A stretch of 64,000 nucleotides of DNA, from the IMG/VR virus record IMGVR_UViG_3300042908_001353, one strand, 5' to 3'. A model generated the notes under the pieces. It saw nothing but the letters and a program-made list of their open reading frames with translations, ran no database searches and was not told where the DNA came from. Made by a program: the position numbers and the translations under genes. This document shows positions 1 through 9,102 of this stretch, piece after piece (the stretch's first letter is position 1; each line of letters begins with the position of its first letter). The DNA comes from an uncultured virus (IMG/VR IMGVR_UViG_3300042908_001353). Lineage: Duplodnaviria > Heunggongvirae > Uroviricota > Caudoviricetes.

Positions 1-2
1 AA

Positions 3-116
3 GAGGATTATTGGTTTAAGGAAGAAGAAGTTGGTTGTTTACACGAACCAACAATTTCGAGATTAATTTCGAGATTTAATTCTATGACAATAAGCAAAAG
101 AACAGACGGATTTTAA
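3..116 (+). CDS. 3' end of a hypothetical protein (5'-truncated)
   Basis: Open frame EDYWFKEEEVGCLHEPTISRLISRFNSMTISKRTDGF* ending just before the repeat. Confidence 0.5.
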   Translation, partial: EDYWFKEEEVGCLHEPTISRLISRFNSMTISKRTDGF

Positions 117-153
117 TAAAAAAAACAAGGGGTGCGAGAGATTAATTAATTAT

Positions 154-225
154 TTATCGAATGGTTACAGGGGGGTTCGATTCCCCCCACGATAACAAAC
201 CCAAAATGGACAGGGTTAATTGTCC
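154..225 (+). repeat. Structured intergenic repeat copy 1 (tRNA-elbow-like element plus second hairpin)
   Basis: TTATCG-AATGGTTACA-GGGGGG-TTCGATT-CCCCCC-A-CGATAA, then GGACA-gggttaat-TGTCC. Confidence 0.9.
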
Positions 226-252
226 TACAATTTAATTTAATTTTTTATCAAA

Positions 253-609
253 ATGGAAAAACAAATTTTTTCTACAACAAAAGTGAATTGGCGAGATTTA
301 TCTGATAGCCAAATTGACGAATTTCTTGCACCTTTTAATTTAATTGAAAAGATAAAAGTATTGCAAGATAATTCTCCTACGGAGTGGCGATATTCGGATT
401 ACTTGTATAACAAATACAAAGCAGAATTAATGACTGCGTATATGAACGCAAGAGTAACCTATTCACAATCTATTGGCAACAATAAATCACACAGAAATAG
501 AAGTGTTTGTGAAAACTACAAAAATTCAATGGTTGAATTAAAAATACCAATTCCTTCCGATGAAATTTGTTGGGTTCTTGGGGTTTTTAATGGTGTTGGT
601 TCTGTATAA
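253..609 (+). CDS. Hypothetical early protein
   Basis: 118 aa ORF bracketed by repeat copies 1 and 2; A-rich start. Confidence 0.8.
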   Translation: MEKQIFSTTKVNWRDLSDSQIDEFLAPFNLIEKIKVLQDNSPTEWRYSDYLYNKYKAELMTAYMNARVTYSQSIGNNKSHRNRSVCENYKNSMVELKIPIPSDEICWVLGVFNGVGSV

Positions 610-610
610 T

Positions 611-681
611 TTATCGAATGGTTACAGGGGGGTTCGATTCCCCCCCGATAACAAACCCAACAGGTGCAGGGTTAATTGCAC
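611..681 (+). repeat. Structured intergenic repeat copy 2
   Basis: Same core; second hairpin shows compensatory changes GTGCA/TGCAC. Confidence 0.9.
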
Positions 682-708
682 TAATTATTTATTTAATTTT
701 TTATCAAA

Positions 709-897
709 ATGGAAAAAACAAAATTTAAAATTGGGGATGTAGTAATTTACAAAATTCCAATGTATGAGAGTTTTTTGTATCAAAAGGCAACAATTACCAA
801 AGTGTTCAAAAATGAAAAAGTAAAATTAGAATTTAGAACTTTAAGTGGTAGTTTATGTAAAAGTACGGTTGAAGCAAGTGAATTAGAATTATTTTAA
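709..897 (+). CDS. Small hypothetical protein, possible SH3/KOW-like fold
   Basis: KFKIGDVV...ASELELF pattern; same ttttttatcaaaATGGAAAAA start context as ORF 253. Confidence 0.75.
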   Translation: MEKTKFKIGDVVIYKIPMYESFLYQKATITKVFKNEKVKLEFRTLSGSLCKSTVEASELELF

Positions 898-933
898 AAA
901 CAAAACAAGGGGTGCAACAGATTAATTAATTAT

Positions 934-1006
934 TTATCGAATGGTTACAGGGGGGTTCGATTCCCCCCACGATAACGAAACCTAAAATGGACAGGGTTAA
1001 TTGTCC
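934..1006 (+). repeat. Structured intergenic repeat copy 3
   Basis: Near-identical to copy 1, including upstream AAAACAAGGGGTGC..AGATTAATTAATTAT extension. Confidence 0.9.
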
Positions 1007-1027
1007 TATTATTTAATTTTTATTTTT

Positions 1028-1249
1028 ATGCAAAATTTAGAATGGAGAAATCCAAAAAATGATTTACCAAAAAACAATCAAGTGGTTTTGTGGAAGCCAA
1101 AAGAAAGTGAATTGGTATTAGCAGGTATTTATCTTGAATCCGAAAAAATGTTTTACATCGGATTTGAACAAACAGGAGATTTTATGTACTCTTTTGAAGT
1201 TGAAAAATGGATTCCAAATTCCGAACTTGGATTTCCTTTTAATGTATAG
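1028..1249 (+). CDS. DUF551-like small phage protein
   Basis: EWRNPKNDLPKNNQVVL...VEKWIP pattern; ATG 1028 preferred over TTG 1001, which lies inside the repeat. Confidence 0.65.
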   Translation: MQNLEWRNPKNDLPKNNQVVLWKPKESELVLAGIYLESEKMFYIGFEQTGDFMYSFEVEKWIPNSELGFPFNV

Positions 1250-1282
1250 TGGTTTATTTATTTATTTATTAAATTTTATTTT

Positions 1283-1948
1283 ATGAAAAGAGGTGGTATA
1301 AGACAATCAACAATAGATAAGTTGGTTGATTTCTTGAATTTATTAAGAGGTAAAACTTTGATTTCAAGAGAAGTAAATGATTTAGCACGGGAACATAATG
1401 TTCGTTCTAACGTGCATAATTTTGCTTGTGAATTAAATTTGTGTGTAAAAAAGGGAAAGCAATATACATTTGCTGATTACGAATTTGAGCCAATACACGC
1501 AAGGCAATTAATTAAATTATCCAACGAATACAACGTAAGGGTAGTTGAAGAAGCAAGAATAAGAAAAGAACAAAAGGAAAAGGAATTAATGAATAAAGCG
1601 GTAGAATTAACTGCAACGCAAGATGTTTTTGGAGAACCGATAAAATTAATTCCACCTATTGAACCAACACCTAAAAACGAATCTATGGGATTAACTGATT
1701 ATTTTCAAAATCTTTTTGGTAGCAATAAAAACATTGAATTAAAATTGTTACAGGAAGAAAATAATTTATTGAAAAAAAATAACGAGGATTTGTTGTTTGA
1801 AATCAAAAATCTAAAAGCACAAATATCTGCATTAGAATTAAAAAATTCAGTAAACAATAATTTATCCAATTTTGATGAAGAAGAAATTGAAATGTTGCGA
1901 GGAAAAGTAGAGGGGTTTGAAAAATTATTTAGTTTCTATTTCAAATAA
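1283..1948 (+). CDS. Hypothetical protein with C-terminal coiled coil
   Basis: 221 aa ORF with heptad-rich C-terminal half. Confidence 0.8.
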   Translation: MKRGGIRQSTIDKLVDFLNLLRGKTLISREVNDLAREHNVRSNVHNFACELNLCVKKGKQYTFADYEFEPIHARQLIKLSNEYNVRVVEEARIRKEQKEKELMNKAVELTATQDVFGEPIKLIPPIEPTPKNESMGLTDYFQNLFGSNKNIELKLLQEENNLLKKNNEDLLFEIKNLKAQISALELKNSVNNNLSNFDEEEIEMLRGKVEGFEKLFSFYFK

Positions 1949-2021
1949 TTATCGAATGGTTTAATGGGGGGTTCGATTCCCCCCCGATAACAAAACCTAA
2001 AATGGGCAGGGTGAATTGTCC
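1949..2021 (+). repeat. Structured intergenic repeat copy 4
   Basis: Starts immediately after the stop codon; second hairpin GGGCA/TGTCC keeps pairing via G-U. Confidence 0.9.
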
Positions 2022-2041
2022 TAAAATTTAATTTTAATCAA

Positions 2042-2287
2042 ATGAATAATTTTATTGAACCGAGAAATTGGTGGAATCGTGATTACGCTACTGAATGGTG
2101 GCGAAATAATGGACATTTTGACGATGATTTATATTTGGCAATTTTGGTCGAAAAAGAACATCGAAAAAATAATAGAATATCAATTAAAGAAAACAAACAA
2201 GATGAACAGGGAAGAAAACAATTTATTTTCTTTCGATTATTACCTATCCGAAAATGGTTGGGTATTGAACGGAAGGATTTGGCGTAA
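2042..2287 (+). CDS. Hypothetical protein
   Basis: ATG at the expected distance after repeat copy 4. Confidence 0.6.
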   Translation: MNNFIEPRNWWNRDYATEWWRNNGHFDDDLYLAILVEKEHRKNNRISIKENKQDEQGRKQFIFFRLLPIRKWLGIERKDLA

Positions 2288-2495
2288 ACACAATAAAACA
2301 ATCAAATTAATTTCTAATAATTCAAGCGAAATTGATTATTTAATGATTGCACTTAATTTAAACGACAAAGTAAAACATAAACACATTGTTACTTGCGAAA
2401 TTCCTAACACTTGGGAAGAAGCAGAAATAATTTTTCAAAAATGTAGGTTAAACTATTTTAATTATTATCAAAATGACACAGAGAACATCTATTGA
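2202..2495 (+). CDS. Hypothetical protein
   Basis: ATG 2202 (MNREENNLF...) within the 2055 frame; overlaps the next start. Confidence 0.55.
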   Translation: MNREENNLFSFDYYLSENGWVLNGRIWRKHNKTIKLISNNSSEIDYLMIALNLNDKVKHKHIVTCEIPNTWEEAEIIFQKCRLNYFNYYQNDTENIY

Positions 2496-2910
2496 AACAT
2501 ACTACGAAATAAAAAATTCGGGTTTGTTATCGGAAAAGCGTTGGAAAGTTTACGATATTTTTTATCAAAACAACAGACCATTGACAGGGGCGGAAGTCAG
2601 TCAAATTTACAAAGCAAATTATCCATCATCACAACATTCGGAAACTATCCGTAACCGAATTACTGAATTAAAAGAAATGGGGTTATTAGCAGAGTTTGAA
2701 ATAGTGGATTGTACGTTCACAGGGCGAAGAGTTTATACGTTTGTTACAACGAATAATTTGCCCGAAAAATTAGAAAAGAAAGAAACGCTGAATCAAAAAT
2801 TGGACAAAATTCTTGAAGAAATAAAATTACTTGGAATTTCTTTGTCCGATGAAGAAGCAAAAGAACAATTAAGAAGTATTTACAAAAAAGTATATAACCT
2901 AAAAAAATAA
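2473..2910 (+). CDS. Winged-helix DNA-binding protein
   Basis: PLTGAEV...TIRNRITELKEMGLL wHTH pattern. Confidence 0.65.
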   Translation: MTQRTSIETYYEIKNSGLLSEKRWKVYDIFYQNNRPLTGAEVSQIYKANYPSSQHSETIRNRITELKEMGLLAEFEIVDCTFTGRRVYTFVTTNNLPEKLEKKETLNQKLDKILEEIKLLGISLSDEEAKEQLRSIYKKVYNLKK

Positions 2911-2940
2911 ATTAATAATTAATCAAAAAAAACGAGCAAA

Positions 2941-3579
2941 ATGGAAAATGAAGTAACGTATGAAACGAAACAAATGGAGTTTGAAAAATCCCAACAACTT
3001 TACAAAGAAGTAAATATATGGGTGGAACGAAATTTTAATTTTATTCAAGTAGATGTACTGAATAAATATTCCGATGATAATTTAATGGAATATATTCTTT
3101 ACCCATCCGCAGAAGAAGAATTTTACGAGTGGCTAACCAATTACGATGTCGTAGAAAAAATAAAATCTTGGAAAGAGGATTTTAATGAAAAAGATTATTT
3201 ATCATCAATTCACAATGGCAAATCTTATTACGATGCTTTTATTGAAATTGAAAGCGTAGATGGTTGGAATGAATTTCGTGAATTTTGCCTTGACGAATAT
3301 GCTGACGATATTAATGAATTTATTTACGAGCAGGAAAATTATCCAATGTGGAATACTTGCTTTGAATTTCGTGATTCGTTTAGAAATAATTACGAGGATA
3401 ATCAAATTGTGATGAAATTAGGAATGGGCGTAATTAGTGGTTTAGAAAATTTCAATGATATTATATTTATGAAATCCGCAGGACATAGTTTTTATAGTGA
3501 TTATTGGATTCCGCTTTATTTGGAATTTTATCCCGATGAAAAAGTAAAATACAAGGGTGTAAATTTTAGTCATCTTTAA
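2941..3579 (+). CDS. Acidic hypothetical phage protein
   Basis: 212 aa, D/E and aromatic rich; YPMWNT and SAGHSFYSDYWIPLY motifs. Confidence 0.75.
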   Translation: MENEVTYETKQMEFEKSQQLYKEVNIWVERNFNFIQVDVLNKYSDDNLMEYILYPSAEEEFYEWLTNYDVVEKIKSWKEDFNEKDYLSSIHNGKSYYDAFIEIESVDGWNEFREFCLDEYADDINEFIYEQENYPMWNTCFEFRDSFRNNYEDNQIVMKLGMGVISGLENFNDIIFMKSAGHSFYSDYWIPLYLEFYPDEKVKYKGVNFSHL

Positions 3580-3602
3580 TTTTTTTTTCAAAATAATTTT
3601 TT

Positions 3603-3636
3603 TTTGGTTGTGGGTTCATTTATTTTTGTATATTTG
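3603..3636 (+). promoter_or_regulatory. Bacteroidota-type promoter
   Basis: TATATTTG (3629-3636) matches TAnnTTTG, with TTTG upstream. Confidence 0.6.
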
Positions 3637-3678
3637 AACTCACAATTCAATTATGTTTAATATAAAAAAGTAAGTAAA

Positions 3679-4893
3679 ATGAAAACAGGAGATTTGAAAA
3701 ATTTAAGTTTACAGGAAATCGTTCAGCAATTACAACTGCAAAATTTACAAAAACAAGATTTTGTAGTGCCATCACGATTTATCAAAATGGTGGGGAGTAA
3801 CCTACAAGTTATTAATGAAGAAAAATTAGATTCATTTAATTCCTTGTTGGCTCAAACAGGAATATCCATCAACGAAAACGATGTAGAAAAAATGCACCTA
3901 CAAGTGTTGGATTGTTGCCATTCACAAATTGGTAGTAAATTGGAAATTCCGAAAAAATATTACGACAGAATGTTGTCCGAAAAATATCACCATTTACTTG
4001 ATTACAATGTATCAACGTGGTTTTCGGAAAAAGGAAATACAAATTATTTTTTACGCACATTTATTGATGCTGAAAATCGTAGTGGAATAGCAAGGGCAAT
4101 TTTATCGGACAGGTACAATGTGTTAGATAATTACGATGTAATGTTAGCGACATTAGATGCAATTCGTGAAAGTGGTATTAATGTTCAAATTGAAAGTGGC
4201 GATATTACAGATACGAAATTTTATATGCGTTTTGTTTGCCCCGATATTGAATTAGAAGCACCCGATTTATTAAAGAACTATCGTGTACCCGATGGAACAA
4301 AAGGTGGTAACGGAATTATTTCGGGTTTTGTAATTTCAAATTCGGAAACAGGAAACGGAAAATTTTCAATTTCACCAAGAGCATTAGTGTTGGCTTGTCG
4401 TAATGGAATGATATTCAAAAACGATGCGTTTGCTAAAACACATTTAGGTTCAAAAATGGAAGAATATTCTACGATTGATTGGTCGGAAGAAACACGCCAA
4501 AAAAATTATGATTTAGTAATTTCGCAAGTGAAAGATGCAATTAAATTTTATGCAAGTCAAGAATATCTAACTGCTAAAATTCACGAACTTTCGGAGAAAG
4601 GAAATAAAGAACTTTCGCACCCGATTGAAACGATTAAAAATGTAACGAAGTCGCTTTCAATTAGCGAAGAAAAAGAATCAAATATTTTGAATTATTTTAT
4701 CAAGTCGGGAGATACAAATGCCTTCGGCGTTACACAAGCATTAACGTATTTTGCACAACACAACGCAACACCCGAAGAACGATTTGAAATAGAAGTAAAT
4801 TCTGTTTTAATATTGGATAACATTGATGATTTCGATAAACCCGAAGTTAATATCAAAAGAGTACCATCTTCTCAAATAGTTTCAATGAACTAA
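3679..4893 (+). CDS. DUF932/DUF945-family protein
   Basis: RAILSDRYNVLDN, ISNSETGNG, LACRNGMI motifs. Confidence 0.75.
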   Translation: MKTGDLKNLSLQEIVQQLQLQNLQKQDFVVPSRFIKMVGSNLQVINEEKLDSFNSLLAQTGISINENDVEKMHLQVLDCCHSQIGSKLEIPKKYYDRMLSEKYHHLLDYNVSTWFSEKGNTNYFLRTFIDAENRSGIARAILSDRYNVLDNYDVMLATLDAIRESGINVQIESGDITDTKFYMRFVCPDIELEAPDLLKNYRVPDGTKGGNGIISGFVISNSETGNGKFSISPRALVLACRNGMIFKNDAFAKTHLGSKMEEYSTIDWSEETRQKNYDLVISQVKDAIKFYASQEYLTAKIHELSEKGNKELSHPIETIKNVTKSLSISEEKESNILNYFIKSGDTNAFGVTQALTYFAQHNATPEERFEIEVNSVLILDNIDDFDKPEVNIKRVPSSQIVSMN

Positions 4894-4901
4894 ACGAGAA
4901 A

Positions 4902-4958
4902 ACCCCCATCGCTATCTGTTATTGGCATAACTTTTTTTTTTGCGGTGGGGGTATTTTT
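4902..4958 (+). terminator. Large-loop hairpin, probable intrinsic terminator
   Basis: ACCCCCATCGC pairs with GCGGTGGGGGT, followed by ATTTTT. Confidence 0.55.
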
Positions 4959-4978
4959 AATTATTTAATATTTCAGTT

Positions 4979-5263
4979 ATGGATTATATGCACATAGTTA
5001 GCAAGTACGAAAAGTATAAGAGATTTGATGAATATATTTGGGCGAATTATTCATACATTAATAAAAATGAGAAATCTTCACTTACAAAAGAATATATCAA
5101 CGATATTGTCAAATTATCAAATATATTAGGCAGATTAGAAGTTTACTTATTAGATAAACAAGACATTCAAACAGCTGATTTAATTTGCAAATGGTTTGAA
5201 AAAGATTTTGAAGATGAATATAGTATGGAAGATTTTAAAGATTGGTTAAATGACAACGAATAA
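4979..5263 (+). CDS. Hypothetical protein
   Basis: 94 aa ORF overlapping the next start. Confidence 0.7.
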   Translation: MDYMHIVSKYEKYKRFDEYIWANYSYINKNEKSSLTKEYINDIVKLSNILGRLEVYLLDKQDIQTADLICKWFEKDFEDEYSMEDFKDWLNDNE

Positions 5264-6080
5264 AATATATATTAATCAAAGTTTAGTCAAGGACTTAATT
5301 AAATATCAAAACGATGAACTTTGCGGATTGGTGTTTCACAACAAATGGATTTTACAACAATTTGGTGGTGGCTCAAAAGCAAACGATTTAGGGCATTATT
5401 TTGAGTGGTTATGCACAGGTGCTTTGGCAAAGGGAGAAAGTGAAGCACCGATACCCGAAACGACTAAAAGCGGAGAATTAACTGCTGATTTTAAGACCGC
5501 CAAAAAACAAGCCGAATATTTTCATTCGTTATTACCTAAATATGGAATTAAATTGCTTGATGCAGGAAATAAAATAATTGCTGATGATACTTGGATAGGC
5601 ACGTTAGATATTGAAGCAAAATGGGATGCTATTTTTGAAAACGAAAATTTGAATTTCGATACAAATAATAAAGACCACATTGTAATTATTGATTTGAAAT
5701 ATAGTGGATTATTAAATGATAAGTGGAATGAATTTGGTTGGCACGATGAAACACTCGGCAGGAAGCAAGGTACGATGTTACAGGCGAAACACTATAAATT
5801 TTTGTATTGGAAAAAATATGGATTTAACCCACCATTTTTCTTTTTCGTTTTTGATTCAAAACAAGTGGGTAAAGCAAAAATAATTAATGTAGAAATTGAT
5901 ACCTATGAACTTGAATTACACGAAGAATTTTTACAAAAAGCAAAACGCTATTTTGAAATGAATTTAGAAAGTGGATTTCAACCTAAACCAAGTTACGATT
6001 TATGTATTAGTTGTAAATATCAACACCTATGTAGTTTCAAAATTGATAAGCCAAAAATAATTAGTGTTAAACCCGAATAA
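5250..6080 (+). CDS. PD-(D/E)XK exonuclease, Cas4/AddB-like with Cys cluster
   Basis: GTLDI...IIDLKY...QAKHY and C-terminal CISCKYQHLC; in the RecT neighbourhood. Confidence 0.75.
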   Translation: MTTNKIYINQSLVKDLIKYQNDELCGLVFHNKWILQQFGGGSKANDLGHYFEWLCTGALAKGESEAPIPETTKSGELTADFKTAKKQAEYFHSLLPKYGIKLLDAGNKIIADDTWIGTLDIEAKWDAIFENENLNFDTNNKDHIVIIDLKYSGLLNDKWNEFGWHDETLGRKQGTMLQAKHYKFLYWKKYGFNPPFFFFVFDSKQVGKAKIINVEIDTYELELHEEFLQKAKRYFEMNLESGFQPKPSYDLCISCKYQHLCSFKIDKPKIISVKPE

Positions 6081-6090
6081 TATAAATAAA

Positions 6091-7119
6091 ATGAGTAATG
6101 AAGTAAATGTAACGCAGATGAACAATGATTTAGATGTCATTGAAGAAAATCACAAAAATCAAATTTTGTCCATACACGAAAATATGGCTGAATTAATTGA
6201 ACGATGTAATTCAATCCAAGTGTTTGAAGATGATAAGGAATCATACGATAATGCCGTTGAATTAAAACGCTATGTAAAATCGGTTCACGTTTCTATTGAT
6301 AAAAAAAGAAAAGAATTGAAACAACCAATTATTGACTATGGGAAAAAATTGGATTCTTTCGTAAAGGAAATTTATGAACCATTAGTAGAAGCCGAAAAAT
6401 TAATCAAGTCAAAAATGGAAGTTTATGAAATTAAACTTGAAAAAATAAAAGCGGAGAAAAAATTAAAAGAAGAAGAAGAAGCAATTCAAGAAACATTAAT
6501 TGAAAATAAAATCCGTGAATTGAATTTAATTTTAGGAAATATCAACGAAGCAAAAAGCAAAAAAGAATTACTTGAAATCGAAAAGCAATTAGAAGAAATT
6601 GATGTAAATTCTTTTGGTAAAAAAAGTGCCGATGTAGGATTTGTCCTTTCGCAATTAAAATTGACTTGCTCAATGGCTATGCGGATTTACAAAGATGAAG
6701 ATGTAAACAACGTGGTTACGGAACAAAAACCTATTGGGGAAAAAATACCCGATGATATTGATTTCGTTTTGTTTCCTGTGGAAGATTTGATTGAAAAAAA
6801 CACCCAAGAAGTTTTAATAAAAAACGAAGAAGGTATTTTTGAAGAACATTCGATTCGTGTTAATGAATTTAATCCTTTGGATAATGTGCAGGAAGATTTA
6901 ATTACGCCAATGACTGACGATGAAGTATTAAATGTAATTAATGATATAACCGAACATATTTTCCTTTCGGTTTGTGAATTTGTAGAACAAAAAGTAACCG
7001 ATAAATTATCTGCGTACCATCACGCTGAAAATAAAAATGTAAATGAACATTCCGATTTAATTAAAGAACAAGTGTTAGTTGCTTTATCAACTAAAATTAA
7101 AAAAAGTATAATTCTGTAA
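6091..7119 (+). CDS. Coiled-coil protein (DUF1351-like) of the recombination module
   Basis: IDKKRKELKQPIIDYGKKLD motif; ATG 6091 preferred. Confidence 0.6.
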   Translation: MSNEVNVTQMNNDLDVIEENHKNQILSIHENMAELIERCNSIQVFEDDKESYDNAVELKRYVKSVHVSIDKKRKELKQPIIDYGKKLDSFVKEIYEPLVEAEKLIKSKMEVYEIKLEKIKAEKKLKEEEEAIQETLIENKIRELNLILGNINEAKSKKELLEIEKQLEEIDVNSFGKKSADVGFVLSQLKLTCSMAMRIYKDEDVNNVVTEQKPIGEKIPDDIDFVLFPVEDLIEKNTQEVLIKNEEGIFEEHSIRVNEFNPLDNVQEDLITPMTDDEVLNVINDITEHIFLSVCEFVEQKVTDKLSAYHHAENKNVNEHSDLIKEQVLVALSTKIKKSIIL

Positions 7120-7139
7120 CCTTTAAAAACAAAATAAAA

Positions 7140-7595
7140 ATGAAAACAATTATTTTATCAATGGCTCTATTTTTTGTAGCCAACATCAATGCTCAATGGT
7201 CTTACAAATTAATTACCGATGGATTTGACGACCCATACAAAGTTGCTTACACGGAAAGCGATGGATTATCTTACTTGAAATTAGAAAAAAGCGAAGGGAA
7301 ATTAATATTTTTCTTGAAAGGTGGATATTTTTGTGATAACGAATTACTTGTTGATTTCGTATTCTCAACCGCTACCGAAAATTACAAAGCAAGTTTAATT
7401 GGACAAAAATCCGAATCAAGTGAAATTGTATTTTTCAGTTGGGATTTAATGAATGAATCAGCCGACTTTGTTGCTTGGTTTAAGAAGTGTAGCACACTTA
7501 AAATACGAATTAACGAATCGCATTGTACGAGTAATTATTACACTTTTAGTATGGGCAAATCAACGTCAGCGTTAGATTTTATGACAAAAGAATAA
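7140..7595 (+). CDS. Secreted protein with Bacteroidota-type signal peptide
   Basis: MKTIILSMALFFVANINA|QW signal ending before Gln. Confidence 0.7.
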   Translation: MKTIILSMALFFVANINAQWSYKLITDGFDDPYKVAYTESDGLSYLKLEKSEGKLIFFLKGGYFCDNELLVDFVFSTATENYKASLIGQKSESSEIVFFSWDLMNESADFVAWFKKCSTLKIRINESHCTSNYYTFSMGKSTSALDFMTKE

Positions 7596-7601
7596 TATAT
7601 T

Positions 7602-7673
7602 GGGGGGTGTAATATGCACTTTAATTTTTAAGATTGAACAAAGCGAATATCAGTATATCTATGCCCCCTTTTT
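7602..7673 (+). terminator. Large-loop hairpin with U tail (terminator or attenuator)
   Basis: GGGGGTGTA...TATGCCCCC followed by TTTTT. Confidence 0.5.
7640..7660 (+). repeat. 21-nt exact duplicate of 39021-39041
   Basis: AAAGCGAATATCAGTATATCT at both sites. Confidence 0.85.
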
Positions 7674-7692
7674 ATTTAAAAATTGAATTACT

Positions 7693-8094
7693 ATGGTAAC
7701 ATTAAAAAGGGTACTTACAAGAAAATCCATTTTAGGTTTTGGTTATGCAGAATACAGGGATTTATCCGTTCAAATGTTGTTAGATTTAGGCAGAAAAGAT
7801 ATTTTAATTGATTCTTATTTTGGGTTAGAAAAAATTGATTTCATAGAAGATATTTTAGATGAATTAGGAATAACTCCCGAATTTAGAATTGTTAAACCAA
7901 GTAAAGATTATGAATTACGGAAGTTGTTTTTTCAGCAACGTAATGCGAAATGGACTGATGAAGAAAGAATGAATTTTTATTCAAAAATTAAATCTGATAG
8001 GAAAAAAAGATGGAAACGAGCAAATGCTGAAAAGGGCATTTTTAGTTCATCCGAATATTATAGAAGTAAAAATCACGGAAATAAATTAAAATAA
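7693..8094 (+). CDS. Hypothetical protein
   Basis: 133 aa ORF, basic C-terminus. Confidence 0.75.
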   Translation: MVTLKRVLTRKSILGFGYAEYRDLSVQMLLDLGRKDILIDSYFGLEKIDFIEDILDELGITPEFRIVKPSKDYELRKLFFQQRNAKWTDEERMNFYSKIKSDRKKRWKRANAEKGIFSSSEYYRSKNHGNKLK

Positions 8095-8097
8095 AAA

Positions 8098-9102
8098 ATG
8101 GAACAGAAAAAAAACGATGTTTCCACGATAAGTGGATTTTCAAATGTGCTTAAAAACTATGAAAAATCAATAGCACAATTATTACATATTAAGTATGGTA
8201 TTTCTTACGAAGAATTTTATGTTACTTGCGTAAATGCCGTAAAAAAGAATCCTAAATTACTTAACTGCGACCCTAAATCATTATTTGGTAGTATTTTATT
8301 ATCTGCCGAAGTTGGTTTACGCCCTAACACACCCGAACAACACGCTTTCATTTTACCTTACGGAAAAGAAGCAAAATTCCAAGTTGGGTATAAAGGATTA
8401 ATCGAAATGATGTATCGTAACCCAAGAGTAAAGTCAATTTATGCAGAAGCCGTTTTTGAAAAAGATGAATTTGACTATGGTTATGGATTAACTCCTTTTC
8501 TTAATCACAAACCTTTTCGTGGCGGAGATAGGGGAAAATTAGTGTGTGTTTATGCCGTATGTAAATTGCAGGATGCAGACCCATTATTTTCAGTTGTAGA
8601 AAAATCGGAATTAGATAAAGTAAAAGAATTTTCACAAGGTAGAAATTCGGAATTTAGTCCATACAATTCGGGTGCTGACGTACATCACTTTATGGAAATA
8701 AAAACCGCAATTAAAAAATTGTCTAAATTAATACCAAAATCTTCCGTTATTGAAATAAGTAAAGCGATTGATTACGATAGCAGATTTGAAGGTGGGGCAA
8801 AAGTTATTGTAGATATTCCACAATCTCCTAACGATATTGTTGAGCCAAAAATTGTAGATTACGAACAACAAAAAAAATCAATTTCTAACGCTTTTGACGA
8901 TGTGGAAATAGAAGATGTTTCACGGGAAACATTAGAACCTGTTATCGAAGAAAAACCAATCGAAACACCCAAAAAAGAAGAAGTAGTATTTGACCTTTCG
9001 GATTCAGACGAAGATGACGATGACGATATTGATTTCAAACGAATGTTTGGTGATGACGATGACGATGAAGAAGATATTGAAAAATCTAAAACGCTATTTT
9101 AA
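8098..9102 (+). CDS. recT: RecT-family single-strand annealing protein
   Basis: NPKLLNCDPKSLFGSILLSAEVGL, ILPYG, FQVGYKGLIEM, MEIKTAIKKLSK; acidic tail. Confidence 0.9.
   Translation: MEQKKNDVSTISGFSNVLKNYEKSIAQLLHIKYGISYEEFYVTCVNAVKKNPKLLNCDPKSLFGSILLSAEVGLRPNTPEQHAFILPYGKEAKFQVGYKGLIEMMYRNPRVKSIYAEAVFEKDEFDYGYGLTPFLNHKPFRGGDRGKLVCVYAVCKLQDADPLFSVVEKSELDKVKEFSQGRNSEFSPYNSGADVHHFMEIKTAIKKLSKLIPKSSVIEISKAIDYDSRFEGGAKVIVDIPQSPNDIVEPKIVDYEQQKKSISNAFDDVEIEDVSRETLEPVIEEKPIETPKKEEVVFDLSDSDEDDDDDIDFKRMFGDDDDDEEDIEKSKTLF

Noticed and set aside
560..742. 60 aa + strand ORF
   Set aside because: Runs through repeat copy 2 and overlaps two better ORFs
154..2021. tRNA genes suggested by GGTTCGATTCC
   Set aside because: No D stem, anticodon arm or CCA, and only about 42 nt in the tRNA-like part; kept as a tRNA-like repeat
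154..2021. CRISPR array or integron attC array
   Set aside because: Repeats are 0.3-1 kb apart with whole genes between; no cas operon, integrase or clear RYYYAAC/GTTRRRY ends in the window
5250..6080. CRISPR-associated Cas4
   Set aside because: No cas1/cas2 or array; context is a RecT recombination module
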